NCBI RefSeq assembly: GCF_009834535.1 | Contig: NC_045696.1 | Coordinates: 74,216,001 to 74,280,000, forward strand | DNA: 64,000 nucleotides | From: Camelus ferus | Lineage: Eukaryota | Direction: 5' to 3' | Shown here: positions 63,601 to 64,000 of the stretch, piece after piece | How the letters are laid out: each line of letters begins with the position of its first letter | Position numbering within the stretch: the first letter of the stretch is position 1 | The notes under the pieces: model-generated | What the model saw: the letters and a program-made list of their open reading frames with translations, nothing else | Told to the model about the DNA's origin: nothing | Databases searched by the model: none | Program-made: the position numbers and the translations under genes

Positions 63601-64000
63601 GCTTAATTTCCTAGCACAATTCATATCTCTTAGAGAAAAGTTACGAGTCAACCTTCTCTTTCTAATCAGTCCTGTAGTACCTGCATTCTATTTATAGAAT
63701 ATTGTGGATGTTTCTAGAATGTGAATGACACCATTCCTTATTTCCAGAACTGCTACAGGTGTGTCTCTGGTCTTCACTATTAACTGGATTATTTACATGG
63801 GAGTCTGTGGGGTGGGGGGATCTTATGTTATCTTCCCCCACTTAACATGGAGGGCCTCCGTATTCAATGGTACTAGTTACATTGGTTCACTGTGATTCAG
63901 TCCCAGACTCCTCTGGATAAAAACTCAAGACAAAGAGAAGGCAAGTAATAGAGACCTAAAATAATTTCCATTTCTTGTGGACATAGAAGGATGAAGAGAT

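Noticed and set aside
1..64000. Prokaryotic-type systems, NUMT, processed pseudogene, tRNA-derived young SINE
   Set aside because: None recognised by eye. A highly diverged example could have been missed without a database search.

Overview
AT-rich, CpG-poor eutherian genomic DNA, intergenic or deep intronic. I found no convincing protein-coding gene, RNA gene or CRISPR array. The ORF-track entries are L1 ORF2 fossils, repeat-derived frames or chance ORFs. The window is dominated by transposable elements: long minus-strand L1s of several ages, MIR, L2, a probable CR1/L3 relic, MaLR/ERVL/ERV1 solo LTRs and hAT MITEs. The youngest L1 3' ends resemble camelid L1s and I saw no Alu, Bov-A/BovB, PRE or Can-SINE, so a camelid (Camelus/Vicugna/Lama) origin is plausible (inference). 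The best-supported points of interest are structural. (1) A 5'-inverted, twin-primed L1 nested in a multiply deleted L1 that keeps its 5'UTR, with a recognisable TSD. (2) A three-level MIR>MER63>ERV1-LTR nest with readable TSDs at two levels. (3) Several perfect short tandem duplications. More speculative are a ~70-nt hairpin plus motif cluster at ~27 kb, and an RFX X-box plus strong splice sites hinting at an unannotated minus-strand transcript. Repeat family names come from recalled consensus similarity, not from a search, and most boundaries are approximate unless a TSD is quoted. I do not see evidence for a new biological system.
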